Source: an uncultured Mycoplasma sp. (GTDB taxonomy: Bacteria > Bacillota_I > Bacilli_A > RF39 > UBA660). From it: 64,000 nt of DNA. The stretch covers positions 4,975-68,974 of the forward strand of contig CANRTI010000001.1 in NCBI GenBank assembly GCA_947642635.1, written 5' to 3'. The stretch's first letter is position 1. Every line of letters begins with the position of its first letter. Shown here piece after piece: positions 34,399-43,986 of this stretch. The notes beneath the pieces are model-generated. The model was not told where the DNA came from. It searched no databases and saw only the letters and a list, made by a program, of their open reading frames with translations. The translations under genes were made by a program, and so were the position numbers.

Positions 34399-34515
34399 TA
34401 CCTTCACTCCTTTCACAGTTTTTAAGTATAGACTATGCCCTTAGGTTAAAGTCAAGTAATTTTTATGATATTTTAAAAGAGAGGTTTATTTACTCTCTTT
34501 AAACATACTATTATT

Positions 34516-35361
34516 TTAATTAAACAAGATTTTTAATTTACCAAGATTGTTTTCAAAATAGTATAAAGCTAACTCTTTTTCACCATCCATAAATAAGACA
34601 TAACCAGCAATTTTTAAAGATATAATATTGCCATTTTTTATTTTGGAATAATTATCATTTGCTGGAAGAATTAAAACATTTAAAACATCAGTTAAACTTA
34701 ACTCTTGATAATTGTTATTAGCAATGCTTTCCAATGAATTAGCATCTTTAATCTGAAAATTTCCTTGCCTAATTCTTTCTAAATCACTCATACAACCACA
34801 TATATTTAATTTTTCACAAATACTTGCAATAAGACTTCTGATATATGTTCCTTTACTCACAACTGCCCGAAATTTAATTAAATCATCATGGTATTCTATT
34901 AATTCGATTTTCTTAATATAAGTCTCACGATTAGGAAGTTTTACTTCTTCATTATTACGAGCATACTCATAAAGTCTTTTACCGTTGATACGTATTGCAG
35001 AATACAAGGGAACTTCACTATTAAATACTCCAACAAAACTATTTAAAACTTCCTTTATAGTTTTTAGTTCTAGTAATGGAACATTTTTAGTTTCTAAAAT
35101 ATTACCAGTAATATCTAAAGTATCTGTTTTAATTCCTAGTTTAATTGTAGCAATATATTCTTTATCATAACTGGTTATCAAATCAACTAATTTAGTATAT
35201 TTACCAATAAGACATACTAGAACGCCTGATGCTAGAGGATCAAGAGTTCCGGTATGTCCAATTTTTTGTGTATTAAATATTTTACATAATTTATTGACAA
35301 CATCTCTGCTAGTTAAACCTTTTTCTTTGTTAACAATGATTATTTTATTCATTTTAATCAC
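34516..35361 (-). CDS. truB: tRNA pseudouridine(55) synthase
   Basis: It has KEKGLTSRDVVNKL…KIGHTGTLDPLASGVL, with the catalytic Asp in the motif GTLDP. Confidence 0.92.
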   Translation of the reverse strand: MIKMNKIIIVNKEKGLTSRDVVNKLCKIFNTQKIGHTGTLDPLASGVLVCLIGKYTKLVDLITSYDKEYIATIKLGIKTDTLDITGNILETKNVPLLELKTIKEVLNSFVGVFNSEVPLYSAIRINGKRLYEYARNNEEVKLPNRETYIKKIELIEYHDDLIKFRAVVSKGTYIRSLIASICEKLNICGCMSDLERIRQGNFQIKDANSLESIANNNYQELSLTDVLNVLILPANDNYSKIKNGNIISLKIAGYVLFMDGEKELALYYFENNLGKLKILFN

Positions 35362-35926
35362 TTAAATTTTTATGCATAATATAAGCAAATTCTTCCGTAT
35401 TATCTGGTATATCAATACTATCTTCACTAAATCCTAAATCATCAGCTCTTATTAGTAAAGTTGGTTCTCGTAAAGGAACTTCTAAATACATTTTTTGAAT
35501 ATTTAATGATTTTAAATATTCAATTATATAGCTTACACCATTTTTCCAAATTTCTTTTTTCAGTTCTTTTTCTGCAACAACAACTATATCTTTTAATTTA
35601 ACTTGCGTTTTATTTAACCATTGTAAAATTGCGGAACCTAGTAAATTATTTGCACTATCTTTTATTAAAACCATTTTAATTTGAGGATCTTTTTCTACCC
35701 CCCTTATGGTATCAATAGCTTTACAATAATTCTTAGCAACTTTTAAAATACTAAAATCATTTTTAATAATATTAGTTTCTGTTTTAGCTAATGCGATAAA
35801 ATAATCAAAAATATCGGCACCATACATATTAATATAAAGATTTCGATAAGCTTCAATTAAAAACTCCATTTCATCTTTAGTTAAATCTAATTTTTCTACT
35901 ACTTCAAAAAATACTTCTTTTGACAT
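35354..35926 (-). CDS. Hypothetical protein inserted between rbfA and truB (possible degenerate GNAT-like fold)
   Basis: It is a 190-aa ORF overlapping the truB start by 8 nt. I saw no clear acetyl-CoA motif. Confidence 0.55.
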   Translation of the reverse strand: MSKEVFFEVVEKLDLTKDEMEFLIEAYRNLYINMYGADIFDYFIALAKTETNIIKNDFSILKVAKNYCKAIDTIRGVEKDPQIKMVLIKDSANNLLGSAILQWLNKTQVKLKDIVVVAEKELKKEIWKNGVSYIIEYLKSLNIQKMYLEVPLREPTLLIRADDLGFSEDSIDIPDNTEEFAYIMHKNLSD

Positions 35927-35935
35927 ACACCCTCC

Positions 35936-36277
35936 TTATTCTGCATGTATTTTATTAATAATACTTTCTATTTTAGTTGCATAAAGAATTGTTTCATCAT
36001 AAGAAAAATGTAATTCAGGAATGTTGCGAACCTTTAAAACTTTAGCTAAGCATCCTCTTAAATAAGGGGCTGCTTCATTCATTTCTTTTTCTAAAGTTGA
36101 ATGTTCCATATCACTTATACTAGTAAAAAATATTTTGGCATAACTTAAATCTTTACTAAGTGATACATCTGTTAGGGTAATTGTTTTCATTAATTTATCA
36201 TCTGTTTCATTATTAATAATACTACTTAAATATTTTAATATATCACTTTCAATGCGATCAATCTTATAATTAGCCAT
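35936..36277 (-). CDS. rbfA: Ribosome-binding factor A
   Basis: It has RIESDILKYLSSII…VSLSKDLSYAKIFF and VRNIPELHF. Its position after infB is conserved. Confidence 0.9.
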   Translation of the reverse strand: MANYKIDRIESDILKYLSSIINNETDDKLMKTITLTDVSLSKDLSYAKIFFTSISDMEHSTLEKEMNEAAPYLRGCLAKVLKVRNIPELHFSYDETILYATKIESIINKIHAE

Positions 36278-38375
36278 TTTTAACCTCGACTAATTCATAA
36301 GCTTCAATGATATCGCCTTCTTTAATGTCATTATAAGTTTCTAAAGTAATACCACACTCAAAACCTTTTTTCATTTCTTTAACACTATCTTGACCTTTTT
36401 GTAAAGATGATATTTTATCTTCGGCAATAATTATTCCATCTCTGATTAATCTAATATTTGTATTATTTTTAATAACTCCATCTGTAATATAACAACCAGC
36501 AATATTGCCAATTTTAGAAAACTTAAATATTTTACGAATTTCAGCATTTCCCATTACTTTTTCTTCATATTCGGGATCTAGCATACCATTAATTGCCAAT
36601 TCCATTTCTTCAACTAATTTATAAATAATTGTATATAATCTAATATCAACATTGTATTCTTTAGCAATTTCTTTAGTTATATTATTAGGTACAACATTGA
36701 ACCCAATAATAATTGCATTTGAGGCATTAGCTAGGACAACATCACTTTCAGTAATAGTTCCTATTCCACTACGAATTACTTTTACAACAACATCTTTAAT
36801 ATTAATCTTTTCTAAAGCATTACGAACTGCTTCTTCGCTTCCTCTAACATCAGCTTTTAAAACAACATTGACTTCTTTTTTACCACTTTCAATTTGTTTA
36901 AATAAATCATCTAATGAAACAACATTTTGTTTATATTTAGAGATATTAATATTTTTCCGTTTATTAGCAATTTCTTTAGCTTTACTTTCTGTTTCAAAAG
37001 CCATGAATTTATCACCTGCTGATGGATTTTCACTAATTCCGGTAACTTCTACTGGTGTTGAAGGTCCAGCTTCAACTATTGGTTCACCTAAATCGTTTTT
37101 CATAGTTCTAATTTTTCCAAAGAATTCACCAACTACAACTGGATCTCCGATTCTTAATGTACCATTTTGAATAATAAATGAGGCAATTCCACCAATATTT
37201 TTATCAAGCTTAGATTCAATAACTGACCCAGTCGCATAACGATTAGGATTTGCTTTATATTCATTTACTTCGGCAATAGTTTCAATTGTTTCTAGTAATA
37301 AATCGATACCTTCTCCTGTATGAGCAGAAATATTAATAAATGGAACATCGCCACCCCAAGCTTCTGGTGTAATGCCATTTTGAGACATTTCTGTTAGGAT
37401 TTTTTCGGGATTAGCTTCTGGTTTATCAATTTTATTTACTGCAACAATAATTGGCACATTAGCACTTTTAGCATGATCAATTGCTTCTTTAGTTTGTGGC
37501 ATAACACCATCATCTGCCGCAACAATGATAATAACAATATCTGTAACACTAGCTCCTCTAGCACGCATTTCAGTAAAAGCTGCATGGCCTGGAGTATCGA
37601 TAAAAGTTATTTTATTATTGTTATGTTCAATTTGATAAGCCCCAATATGTTGGGTAATTCCACCAAATTCACCTTCCACAACATGAGAATTACGAATATA
37701 ATCTAAAAGCGTTGTTTTACCATGATCAACATGACCCATAATTGTAACAATTGGTGGTCTTTTTATTAAATCTTCTTCTTTATCAATTATTTCATATTCT
37801 TCAAAATTAGCTAAATCTTGAGTTTCTTCTTTCTTTAAAGTTTTCTTATAATCTAAAACTACGATTTCAGCATTATCAAAATCAATTGGATCATTTAGAG
37901 CTAACATTAATCCAAGTGACATTAATTTTTTAATAATATCTGTACCACTAACATTTAAACTACTAGCAAGTTCTGAAACACTCATACCTTGTTTGTATAA
38001 AATTATATCTTCATTACTATTATTAGTCATTAATTTTTCTTTATGTTTGTACATTTCTTTTTTAAGAATTTTATAATTTTCTTTATTTTCTTTACTACTA
38101 TCTTTTTTCTTTAATTTTTGTTTCTTATTAGTATTTGTTTCTATAATATTATTACTTTCCATAATATCCATAGCAATATTTTCTACTAATTCATCTTCAT
38201 CATATGTAATTTCTGCATCTGTACTGATTAAATTTAAAGTATTATCTAACATAATGATATCATCATCAATTAAAGTATCATCTCCATTACTAACCTTTAT
38301 TCCTAGTTCAGCACACTTCTTTAATACTTCTGCGACTGATAAATTGATATCTTTTGCATATTCTTTAACGCTCAT
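36270..38375 (-). CDS. infB: Translation initiation factor IF-2
   Basis: The G domain has [19 protein letters not shown] and NKID. Confidence 0.95.
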   Translation of the reverse strand: MSVKEYAKDINLSVAEVLKKCAELGIKVSNGDDTLIDDDIIMLDNTLNLISTDAEITYDEDELVENIAMDIMESNNIIETNTNKKQKLKKKDSSKENKENYKILKKEMYKHKEKLMTNNSNEDIILYKQGMSVSELASSLNVSGTDIIKKLMSLGLMLALNDPIDFDNAEIVVLDYKKTLKKEETQDLANFEEYEIIDKEEDLIKRPPIVTIMGHVDHGKTTLLDYIRNSHVVEGEFGGITQHIGAYQIEHNNNKITFIDTPGHAAFTEMRARGASVTDIVIIIVAADDGVMPQTKEAIDHAKSANVPIIVAVNKIDKPEANPEKILTEMSQNGITPEAWGGDVPFINISAHTGEGIDLLLETIETIAEVNEYKANPNRYATGSVIESKLDKNIGGIASFIIQNGTLRIGDPVVVGEFFGKIRTMKNDLGEPIVEAGPSTPVEVTGISENPSAGDKFMAFETESKAKEIANKRKNINISKYKQNVVSLDDLFKQIESGKKEVNVVLKADVRGSEEAVRNALEKINIKDVVVKVIRSGIGTITESDVVLANASNAIIIGFNVVPNNITKEIAKEYNVDIRLYTIIYKLVEEMELAINGMLDPEYEEKVMGNAEIRKIFKFSKIGNIAGCYITDGVIKNNTNIRLIRDGIIIAEDKISSLQKGQDSVKEMKKGFECGITLETYNDIKEGDIIEAYELVEVKNG

Positions 38376-38391
38376 TTAATCGGCTCCTTTC

Positions 38392-38655
38392 TTATTTTAC
38401 AATGTCTTTTAATTGTTCAAATATCTCACTTTCAATTGGGACTTCTAAAACTCTTTCTATTATTTTATTTTTTTCACACTTTTCAATTACTGCTAAATCT
38501 TTTTTTAAATAAGCTCCACGACCATTCGCTTTGCCAGTTAAATCTACTATTACACGACCTTCGGGAGTTCTAACAACTCTTATTAAATCTTTTTTTTCAC
38601 ACTTTTCTCTTGTTACAACACAAGAACGCATTGGAATTTTTTTATTCTTCACCAT
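38392..38655 (-). CDS. ylxR: YlxR/RnpM-family RNA-binding protein (DUF448)
   Basis: It has KKIPMRSCVVTREK…LIRVV and GRGAYL. It sits between nusA and infB. Confidence 0.85.
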   Translation of the reverse strand: MVKNKKIPMRSCVVTREKCEKKDLIRVVRTPEGRVIVDLTGKANGRGAYLKKDLAVIEKCEKNKIIERVLEVPIESEIFEQLKDIVK

Positions 38656-39769
38656 TTCTTTTGTTTCCTTCAGCATTGATTTGAGATAATGTCTTAATTT
38701 CTAAATGATATTTAGTTAATTTACTAGCTAATCTAATATTACTTCCTTTTTTACCAATGGCTAAACTTAAATTATCATCTGTAACAATAGCTAAAGCTTC
38801 TTTTTTCATTTCATCTGTAATATTGACAATAACATTTTTAGCTGGTTCTAAAGCATTAGCAATAAATACATTAGGATCTTCATCATATAAAATTAAATCT
38901 ATTCTTTCGCCATTTAATTCTTTTAAAATATTAGCAATTCGGCTTCCTTTTTCACCAATACAAGCTCCTTTGGCATCAATTCGATCATTAGTAGAATAAA
39001 CCGCTACTTTACTTCTGTTACCAGCATCTCTTGCTACTCCATACATTAAAACTGATCCATCTTGAAGTTCTGGAATAAATGACTCAAATAATCTTTTAAC
39101 AAAACCATAGTGTTTTCTGGAAGTCATTATTACAGGACCTTTAGTTCCATTTTCAACTTTAGTAATATAAACACGGATATTTGAACCCATTTTAATAGTT
39201 TCTCCAGGAATAATTTCACTTTTTGGTAAAATACCTCTTGTTCTTCCTAAATCAATATAGTAATTTCTTTGGTCTTCCATTGCTACCATACCTAGCATTA
39301 ATTCAAATTCTTTGTCAGCAAATTCTTCAATAATGCTATTTTTTTCAGCTTCTCTTATTTTTTGAGTTACTATTTGTTTAGCAGTACCAGCAGCAACCCG
39401 CCCAAAGTCCTTTGGAGTAACCTCTTTTTCAATTGTATCGCCAACTTTGGCAGTCGGATCAATTTTTAGAGCGTCCTCTATTAAAATTTGAGCATCAAGA
39501 TTAATCTCTGGAGGAATGTCAATAATGTTACCTTCTTCATCAGTAGTTTCTGTTCCTTCATCAATTTCATCTACAACTACTAAATATGAAAACACTTTAA
39601 TTTCACCAGTTTCTCTGTTAATATCAACTCGAACATTGGTTTTGGAATCAAAATTTTTCTTATAAGCTGTTTGTAGTGCTAAACTCATTGCTTCAAATAC
39701 AATATCCGAACTAATATTTTTCTCTTTTACAATATTATCTAATGCTTTTATAAATGCTTTACTATCCAT
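38642..39769 (-). CDS. nusA: Transcription termination/antitermination factor NusA
   Basis: It has an S1 domain and two KH domains (…GACIGEKGSRI…, …AIGKKGSNIRLA…). Confidence 0.93.
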   Translation of the reverse strand: MDSKAFIKALDNIVKEKNISSDIVFEAMSLALQTAYKKNFDSKTNVRVDINRETGEIKVFSYLVVVDEIDEGTETTDEEGNIIDIPPEINLDAQILIEDALKIDPTAKVGDTIEKEVTPKDFGRVAAGTAKQIVTQKIREAEKNSIIEEFADKEFELMLGMVAMEDQRNYYIDLGRTRGILPKSEIIPGETIKMGSNIRVYITKVENGTKGPVIMTSRKHYGFVKRLFESFIPELQDGSVLMYGVARDAGNRSKVAVYSTNDRIDAKGACIGEKGSRIANILKELNGERIDLILYDEDPNVFIANALEPAKNVIVNITDEMKKEALAIVTDDNLSLAIGKKGSNIRLASKLTKYHLEIKTLSQINAEGNKRNGEE

Positions 39770-39772
39770 TTT

Positions 39773-40024
39773 TTAATTACCTCTTTCCTTACTAATAACA
39801 TCTAAAATATATGAATCATCACAAATATCATATTCATCGACAATTGGATTAATAATATCAGTTGCCGCAACAATACTATCTAAATCCATACCACCTATAC
39901 GATCTAAAACAATTGTTAAAAATGTATAATTGCCTTTTTTCTCTGTATAAATATCGTCAACTAATATTTCGTCTTTTAATAAAACTTCTGTAAGTCGCTT
40001 TTTTAAATCTGTAATATCTTTCAT
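39773..40024 (-). CDS. rimP: Ribosome maturation factor RimP, N-terminal domain only (about 83 aa)
   Basis: It has LVDDIYTEKKGNYTFLTIVLDRIGGMDLD…YILDVIS, then a stop 3 nt before the nusA start. The ATG follows GAGGTGGGT. Confidence 0.7.
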   Translation of the reverse strand: MKDITDLKKRLTEVLLKDEILVDDIYTEKKGNYTFLTIVLDRIGGMDLDSIVAATDIINPIVDEYDICDDSYILDVISKERGN

Positions 40025-40145
40025 ACCCACCTCACTCTAATTAATAATAAAAGTGGGAATTTTCTGTCCCACTTCGTTTCTGTATATTAATTATATCAAA
40101 TTATTTTCTTATCGACAAGTTTTTTATTCTTATTTCTAAAATTAA

Positions 40146-40658
40146 TTATTTAAGTAAACCATTTTGGATTAATTTAGTTTCATTAACGACAATAAAGGCA
40201 CTGTGATCATAATGTTTAACAACATTAGTTAATTCTTTTAATTTATTATTATTAACTTGAATATATAACATATCTTTATTATCGCCTTCATAAGAATCTT
40301 TTAATTCAATTATGGAAATAGCATAACCAAGACTACGAAGTTTCTTAATTAATTTAGTACTATTTTCCTTAACAATTATTTGAACACCAACTACTCCTTT
40401 AATTAATTTATTGGACAAAATAGAGCCAATAAAAGTACCAAAGGCATAACCGCCAGCATACGAAATAGCAATTAAAATCGCATTGCCATCGACATTTAAA
40501 GCTTCTCTTGCTACAGCATACCAAACTAAAACTTCAAAAAATGCTAAAACAAAAGGTTCGATTGTTTTTCCTTTTACAAAAAAAACAGTCCGTAGTGTTC
40601 CTAAAGAAACATCAACAATTCTCGCTGCAAATATCTTTAGACAAGTTAATATTATCAT
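40146..40658 (-). CDS. UPF0316/DUF2179 family membrane protein
   Basis: It has IFAARIVDVSLGTLRTVFFVKGK, three TM helices and a C-terminal DUF2179-like alpha/beta domain. Confidence 0.8.
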   Translation of the reverse strand: MIILTCLKIFAARIVDVSLGTLRTVFFVKGKTIEPFVLAFFEVLVWYAVAREALNVDGNAILIAISYAGGYAFGTFIGSILSNKLIKGVVGVQIIVKENSTKLIKKLRSLGYAISIIELKDSYEGDNKDMLYIQVNNNKLKELTNVVKHYDHSAFIVVNETKLIQNGLLK

Positions 40659-40671
40659 AAATCACCTTAAT

Positions 40672-40896
40672 CTAACGTGTAAAAATAATAATACAAATAA
40701 GTAAAATAAAGAATAATAGAAAGCCTAATACAAAGCCCCACATTACGGCATCAGATGCTTCTTCTTCTCTTTTTTCTAACTTTTCATTATCAGTGTTATA
40801 CATTGCACTTTTTATTTTTACTTCTGGTACTTTTTTCTTATTTTTATTTTTCTTTTGTTCTTTTTTTTCTTCAATTAATTCTTTGTTATCTTCCAT
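40672..40896 (-). CDS. Small Lys/Glu-rich membrane protein (74 aa)
   Basis: It has a charged N-terminus and a single C-terminal TM helix, WGFVLGFLLFFILLICIIIF. Confidence 0.45.
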   Translation of the reverse strand: MEDNKELIEEKKEQKKNKNKKKVPEVKIKSAMYNTDNEKLEKREEEASDAVMWGFVLGFLLFFILLICIIIFTR

Positions 40897-40982
40897 AGTT
40901 ATTATTCCTACTTTCTATAAAAATTATACCAAAATATCATTTAAAATAAAGAATAATATAAGCTTTTTAAGTCAAGAAAACG

Positions 40983-41903
40983 TCAAAGATTCAAGTCTAA
41001 TTGTGTATTTTTATTTCTGTTTTGTCTTTTTCTTTTTGCATCACTTTTTTTCTTTGCCCTAATTAAAAGTTCAGAAGCTTTACTACTACTATAGTAATCA
41101 ATATAATTACGAGCTTCTTCTTCATTTAAGAATGTGAAAACAACTTCGGCGATTATTTTAATTAAAGATTTTAAGAGTTTTCTTTTAGGAACTCGGTAGT
41201 TTTTAGCCAATTCTAATAAGGCATCTTCTTCTCTTAAAAAAAATTCACAAACTTCTAATCTTATATATGAGGCGTCATTTTCATCTACTTGAAAGAAATC
41301 TTCAAATACTTTACTGTTACCTAACTGATGTTTAGGACTGATGTCAAACTTACAACTAATTAGGGATTGATTAAAAAATGCAATTGTATATGCTAAAGCA
41401 TAAAATTCTTCAATTAAATTTTGAGATTTATAATTATTAATTCTATTTCTTAATATTCCAAAAATTGTAGAATACATACTAGAACGAACAAATTTGGCAT
41501 AATCTAAATGATTGGAAGGATACTCTTCGGGTTCAAGAATACTTGATAATTTTTCTTCTAACTCTTCAAAATCTAAAATTGTTAGAAGCGTATTAGTTAA
41601 CCTGCTTTTAACATTTATATCAGCAACATTTTGATTAAATTGCGAAAACTCTTCTAAATCAGTATTAGATTCTAAAAGTTTTAACCAAATTTTAGCTTTT
41701 GGTGGAGTTATTTTAGATACTATTTTATTTTCAACTTCTAAAGCAATTTCTAAATAATCAATTTGTTTTAAATATTCTGAACTATTTTTTAAACCATTTT
41801 GTTCTAAAGAACATAATTTTCGGAAAATTGTTTTTATAGCACTAGCGGTTCTTATCCAATCATCTAATTCATCAAAATCTTTACTACTAACTTTATATGC
41901 CAT
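40983..41903 (-). CDS. Hypothetical protein (about 306 aa)
   Basis: It is a long ORF. The ATG at 41903 follows GAGGGGG. I recognised no motif. Confidence 0.6.
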   Translation of the reverse strand: MAYKVSSKDFDELDDWIRTASAIKTIFRKLCSLEQNGLKNSSEYLKQIDYLEIALEVENKIVSKITPPKAKIWLKLLESNTDLEEFSQFNQNVADINVKSRLTNTLLTILDFEELEEKLSSILEPEEYPSNHLDYAKFVRSSMYSTIFGILRNRINNYKSQNLIEEFYALAYTIAFFNQSLISCKFDISPKHQLGNSKVFEDFFQVDENDASYIRLEVCEFFLREEDALLELAKNYRVPKRKLLKSLIKIIAEVVFTFLNEEEARNYIDYYSSSKASELLIRAKKKSDAKRKRQNRNKNTQLDLNL

Positions 41904-42042
41904 AAAATCCCCCTCTAACAATAGACTTTATTATAATAAGCTAAATGAAATAAGTCAATAAAAGAATATATTTGAATATAAATAGGCAAAGGCAACTATC
42001 AATAAAAAAATATCTCATACATTATGGTAGGAGGTATATATT

Positions 42043-42498
42043 ATGTTATTTGATAACAACGATATTAATTTGGATTTAAATTTTTTAAATTTAGCAGGAC
42101 TTACTAATTTTGAAGCTATGACTTTAGATAATAACAATAATGTTTTAGATGCAAAAGAAGGATTTTTAAGAGGTAATATGTTTAAAGATGAATATTTACC
42201 TTATAAAAATATGACTTATATTAATATTCGACCTAAAAGTGACCGAGAAGCAAAACTATTTAATGTTATGCAATATAGTTTTGCAATTAATGATTTAAAC
42301 CTTTATTTGGATTTACATCCAGATGATCAAAAAATGCTTAGATTATTAGAAAAAATGCTTAAAGAAGAAGAAAAAGCTAAAAATGAATATATTGAAATGT
42401 ATGGGCCATTAAGTATAAATGACACTACAGGTGATAAATTTAAATGGATAGATAATCCTTGGTCATGGGAAAATTTAGGAGGTAGTTTATATGTTTAA
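42043..42498 (+). CDS. cotJB: Spore coat protein CotJA-like/CotJB fusion
   Basis: The N-terminal DAKEGFLRGNMFKDEYLPYKN resembles the CotJA EAL.KGT.W.DLY..Y..PY motif. The C-terminal MQYSFAINDLNLYLDLHPDDQKML matches the CotJB signature. Confidence 0.75.
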   Translation: MLFDNNDINLDLNFLNLAGLTNFEAMTLDNNNNVLDAKEGFLRGNMFKDEYLPYKNMTYINIRPKSDREAKLFNVMQYSFAINDLNLYLDLHPDDQKMLRLLEKMLKEEEKAKNEYIEMYGPLSINDTTGDKFKWIDNPWSWENLGGSLYV

Positions 42499-43048
42499 AT
42501 ATATTAAACACACTAATTATCCAATTGATATTAAAAAGAAAGATTTAAGGATGGCTAAATATTTAATTACTCAATTTGGGGGTGCTAATGGAGAATTGGC
42601 AGCAGCAATGCGATACTTTAGTCAAAAATTTACAATGCCTGATGATAAAGGAAGGGCATTACTAAATGATATTTCAACTGAAGAACTAGGTCATTGTGAA
42701 ATGATTGCTACAATGGTATCACAATTAACTAAAAATGCGACACCAAAAGAGATGGAAGATGCTGGTTTAGGTTCGTATTATACTGATCATAATATTGGTG
42801 TTTATCCAATCGATGCATCGGGTGTTCCTTTTACAGCAGCATATTTTGCTGTAACCGCTGATCCTATTGCAGATATTACTGAGGATATGGCTGCCGAACA
42901 AAAAGCCAGAGCTGTTTACGAAAATTTAATTGATTTAACTGAAGATGAAGATGTTTTAGCACCACTATTATTTTTAAGGCAACGAGAAATAGTGCATTTT
43001 GATCGCTTTAATGAATTATATAAATATTATAAAAAGAAAGGTTATTAA
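42491..43048 (+). CDS. cotJC: Spore coat protein CotJC (Mn-catalase-like ferritin fold)
   Basis: It has LITQFGGANGELAAAMRYFSQ, EELGHCEMIA and REIVH. Confidence 0.9.
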   Translation: MFKYIKHTNYPIDIKKKDLRMAKYLITQFGGANGELAAAMRYFSQKFTMPDDKGRALLNDISTEELGHCEMIATMVSQLTKNATPKEMEDAGLGSYYTDHNIGVYPIDASGVPFTAAYFAVTADPIADITEDMAAEQKARAVYENLIDLTEDEDVLAPLLFLRQREIVHFDRFNELYKYYKKKGY

Positions 43049-43091
43049 AAAAAGTTATATGAAAAATTTTAAATTTCATATAACTCTTTTT

Positions 43092-43808
43092 TTATTTTAC
43101 TTTTTCAAATTCGTAAATATCTAAAAGTTGTTCTAAATCACTAGCTTTAAATTTAGTATCTTTAACTCCATCTAATATATTATTTTCAATTATTTCTCCA
43201 TTTTGAACATAAATTACCGCAGGAATACTATTTATTTCTTTAATATCTAACTTCTCTTCAACAACATCTAAATAATGATTATTATTTTTCTTTAATTCTG
43301 TCAAATTAACATAATAGAAAATATCATTTAATTTATATGTATCGATTAATCTTTTAATTTCTTTTTCTAGATTATAAACATCTTCATCTTCTGTATAACT
43401 TAAATAAATGAAATATGATGAAGGAGCTTCCTCTAAAATTTGGCTTAAAGAATCTAAATCTTTAATATCAGATTCAATTGTATTTGTGGTAATTAAATAA
43501 CTGGTTTTTAATTCTTCTTCTTTTTTGACGTTATACCATGAAAATAAATAAATGGTAATTAGAATAGCACCAACTAAAATTAATAAAGAATATAAATAAT
43601 TTTGTGGCTTAATTGCTATCTCTTTAGAATTTTCTTTAGGAATTTCTTTTTTTACAACTTTTGGAGGAACTTTACTCGCAACAGTCTTTTTTTTCGCTGC
43701 TGTGGCACTGGCACTAGTTTTTTTAGTTACTTTCTTTGGTGTTTTTGGAGAAGTTCTAGTTGTGGTTTTTTTTGTTTCAATATTAGTACTACTTTTTCTT
43801 GGACTCAT
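43092..43808 (-). CDS. Membrane-anchored protein with a Lys/Thr-rich N-terminus and a thioredoxin-like C-domain lacking CxxC
   Basis: It has a basic low-complexity N-terminus and one TM helix. The C-terminal …IPAVIYVQNGEIIE… is Trx-fold-like. Confidence 0.6.
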   Translation of the reverse strand: MSPRKSSTNIETKKTTTRTSPKTPKKVTKKTSASATAAKKKTVASKVPPKVVKKEIPKENSKEIAIKPQNYLYSLLILVGAILITIYLFSWYNVKKEEELKTSYLITTNTIESDIKDLDSLSQILEEAPSSYFIYLSYTEDEDVYNLEKEIKRLIDTYKLNDIFYYVNLTELKKNNNHYLDVVEEKLDIKEINSIPAVIYVQNGEIIENNILDGVKDTKFKASDLEQLLDIYEFEKVK

Positions 43809-43986
43809 ATTAATCTACCCTTTCATACATATTGTATCATATTCCTATTTTTTTGGGAAATTAAATTTTAAAATTGTAAAAAGAATAATAAATTTTACGT
43901 CAAATAATTTTTTTAATTAATAAAAATATTATATAAGATAAAAAAATAAAAAAGTCTAGCTATAAGCTAAACTCTTTAAACCTTTA

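Noticed and set aside
36652-37170. A 172-aa plus-strand ORF, and other short plus-strand ORFs, antisense to infB, nusA, truB, clpC and pyk.
   Set aside because: They are embedded in highly conserved genes on the opposite strand. Stop-poor antisense frames are expected in AT-rich coding DNA.
43602-43920. Two plus-strand ORFs (89 and 72 aa) over the 5' end of the Lys-rich membrane protein gene.
   Set aside because: They are antisense frames of a Lys/Thr-rich low-complexity coding region, translating as Phe-rich nonsense, and have no translation signals.
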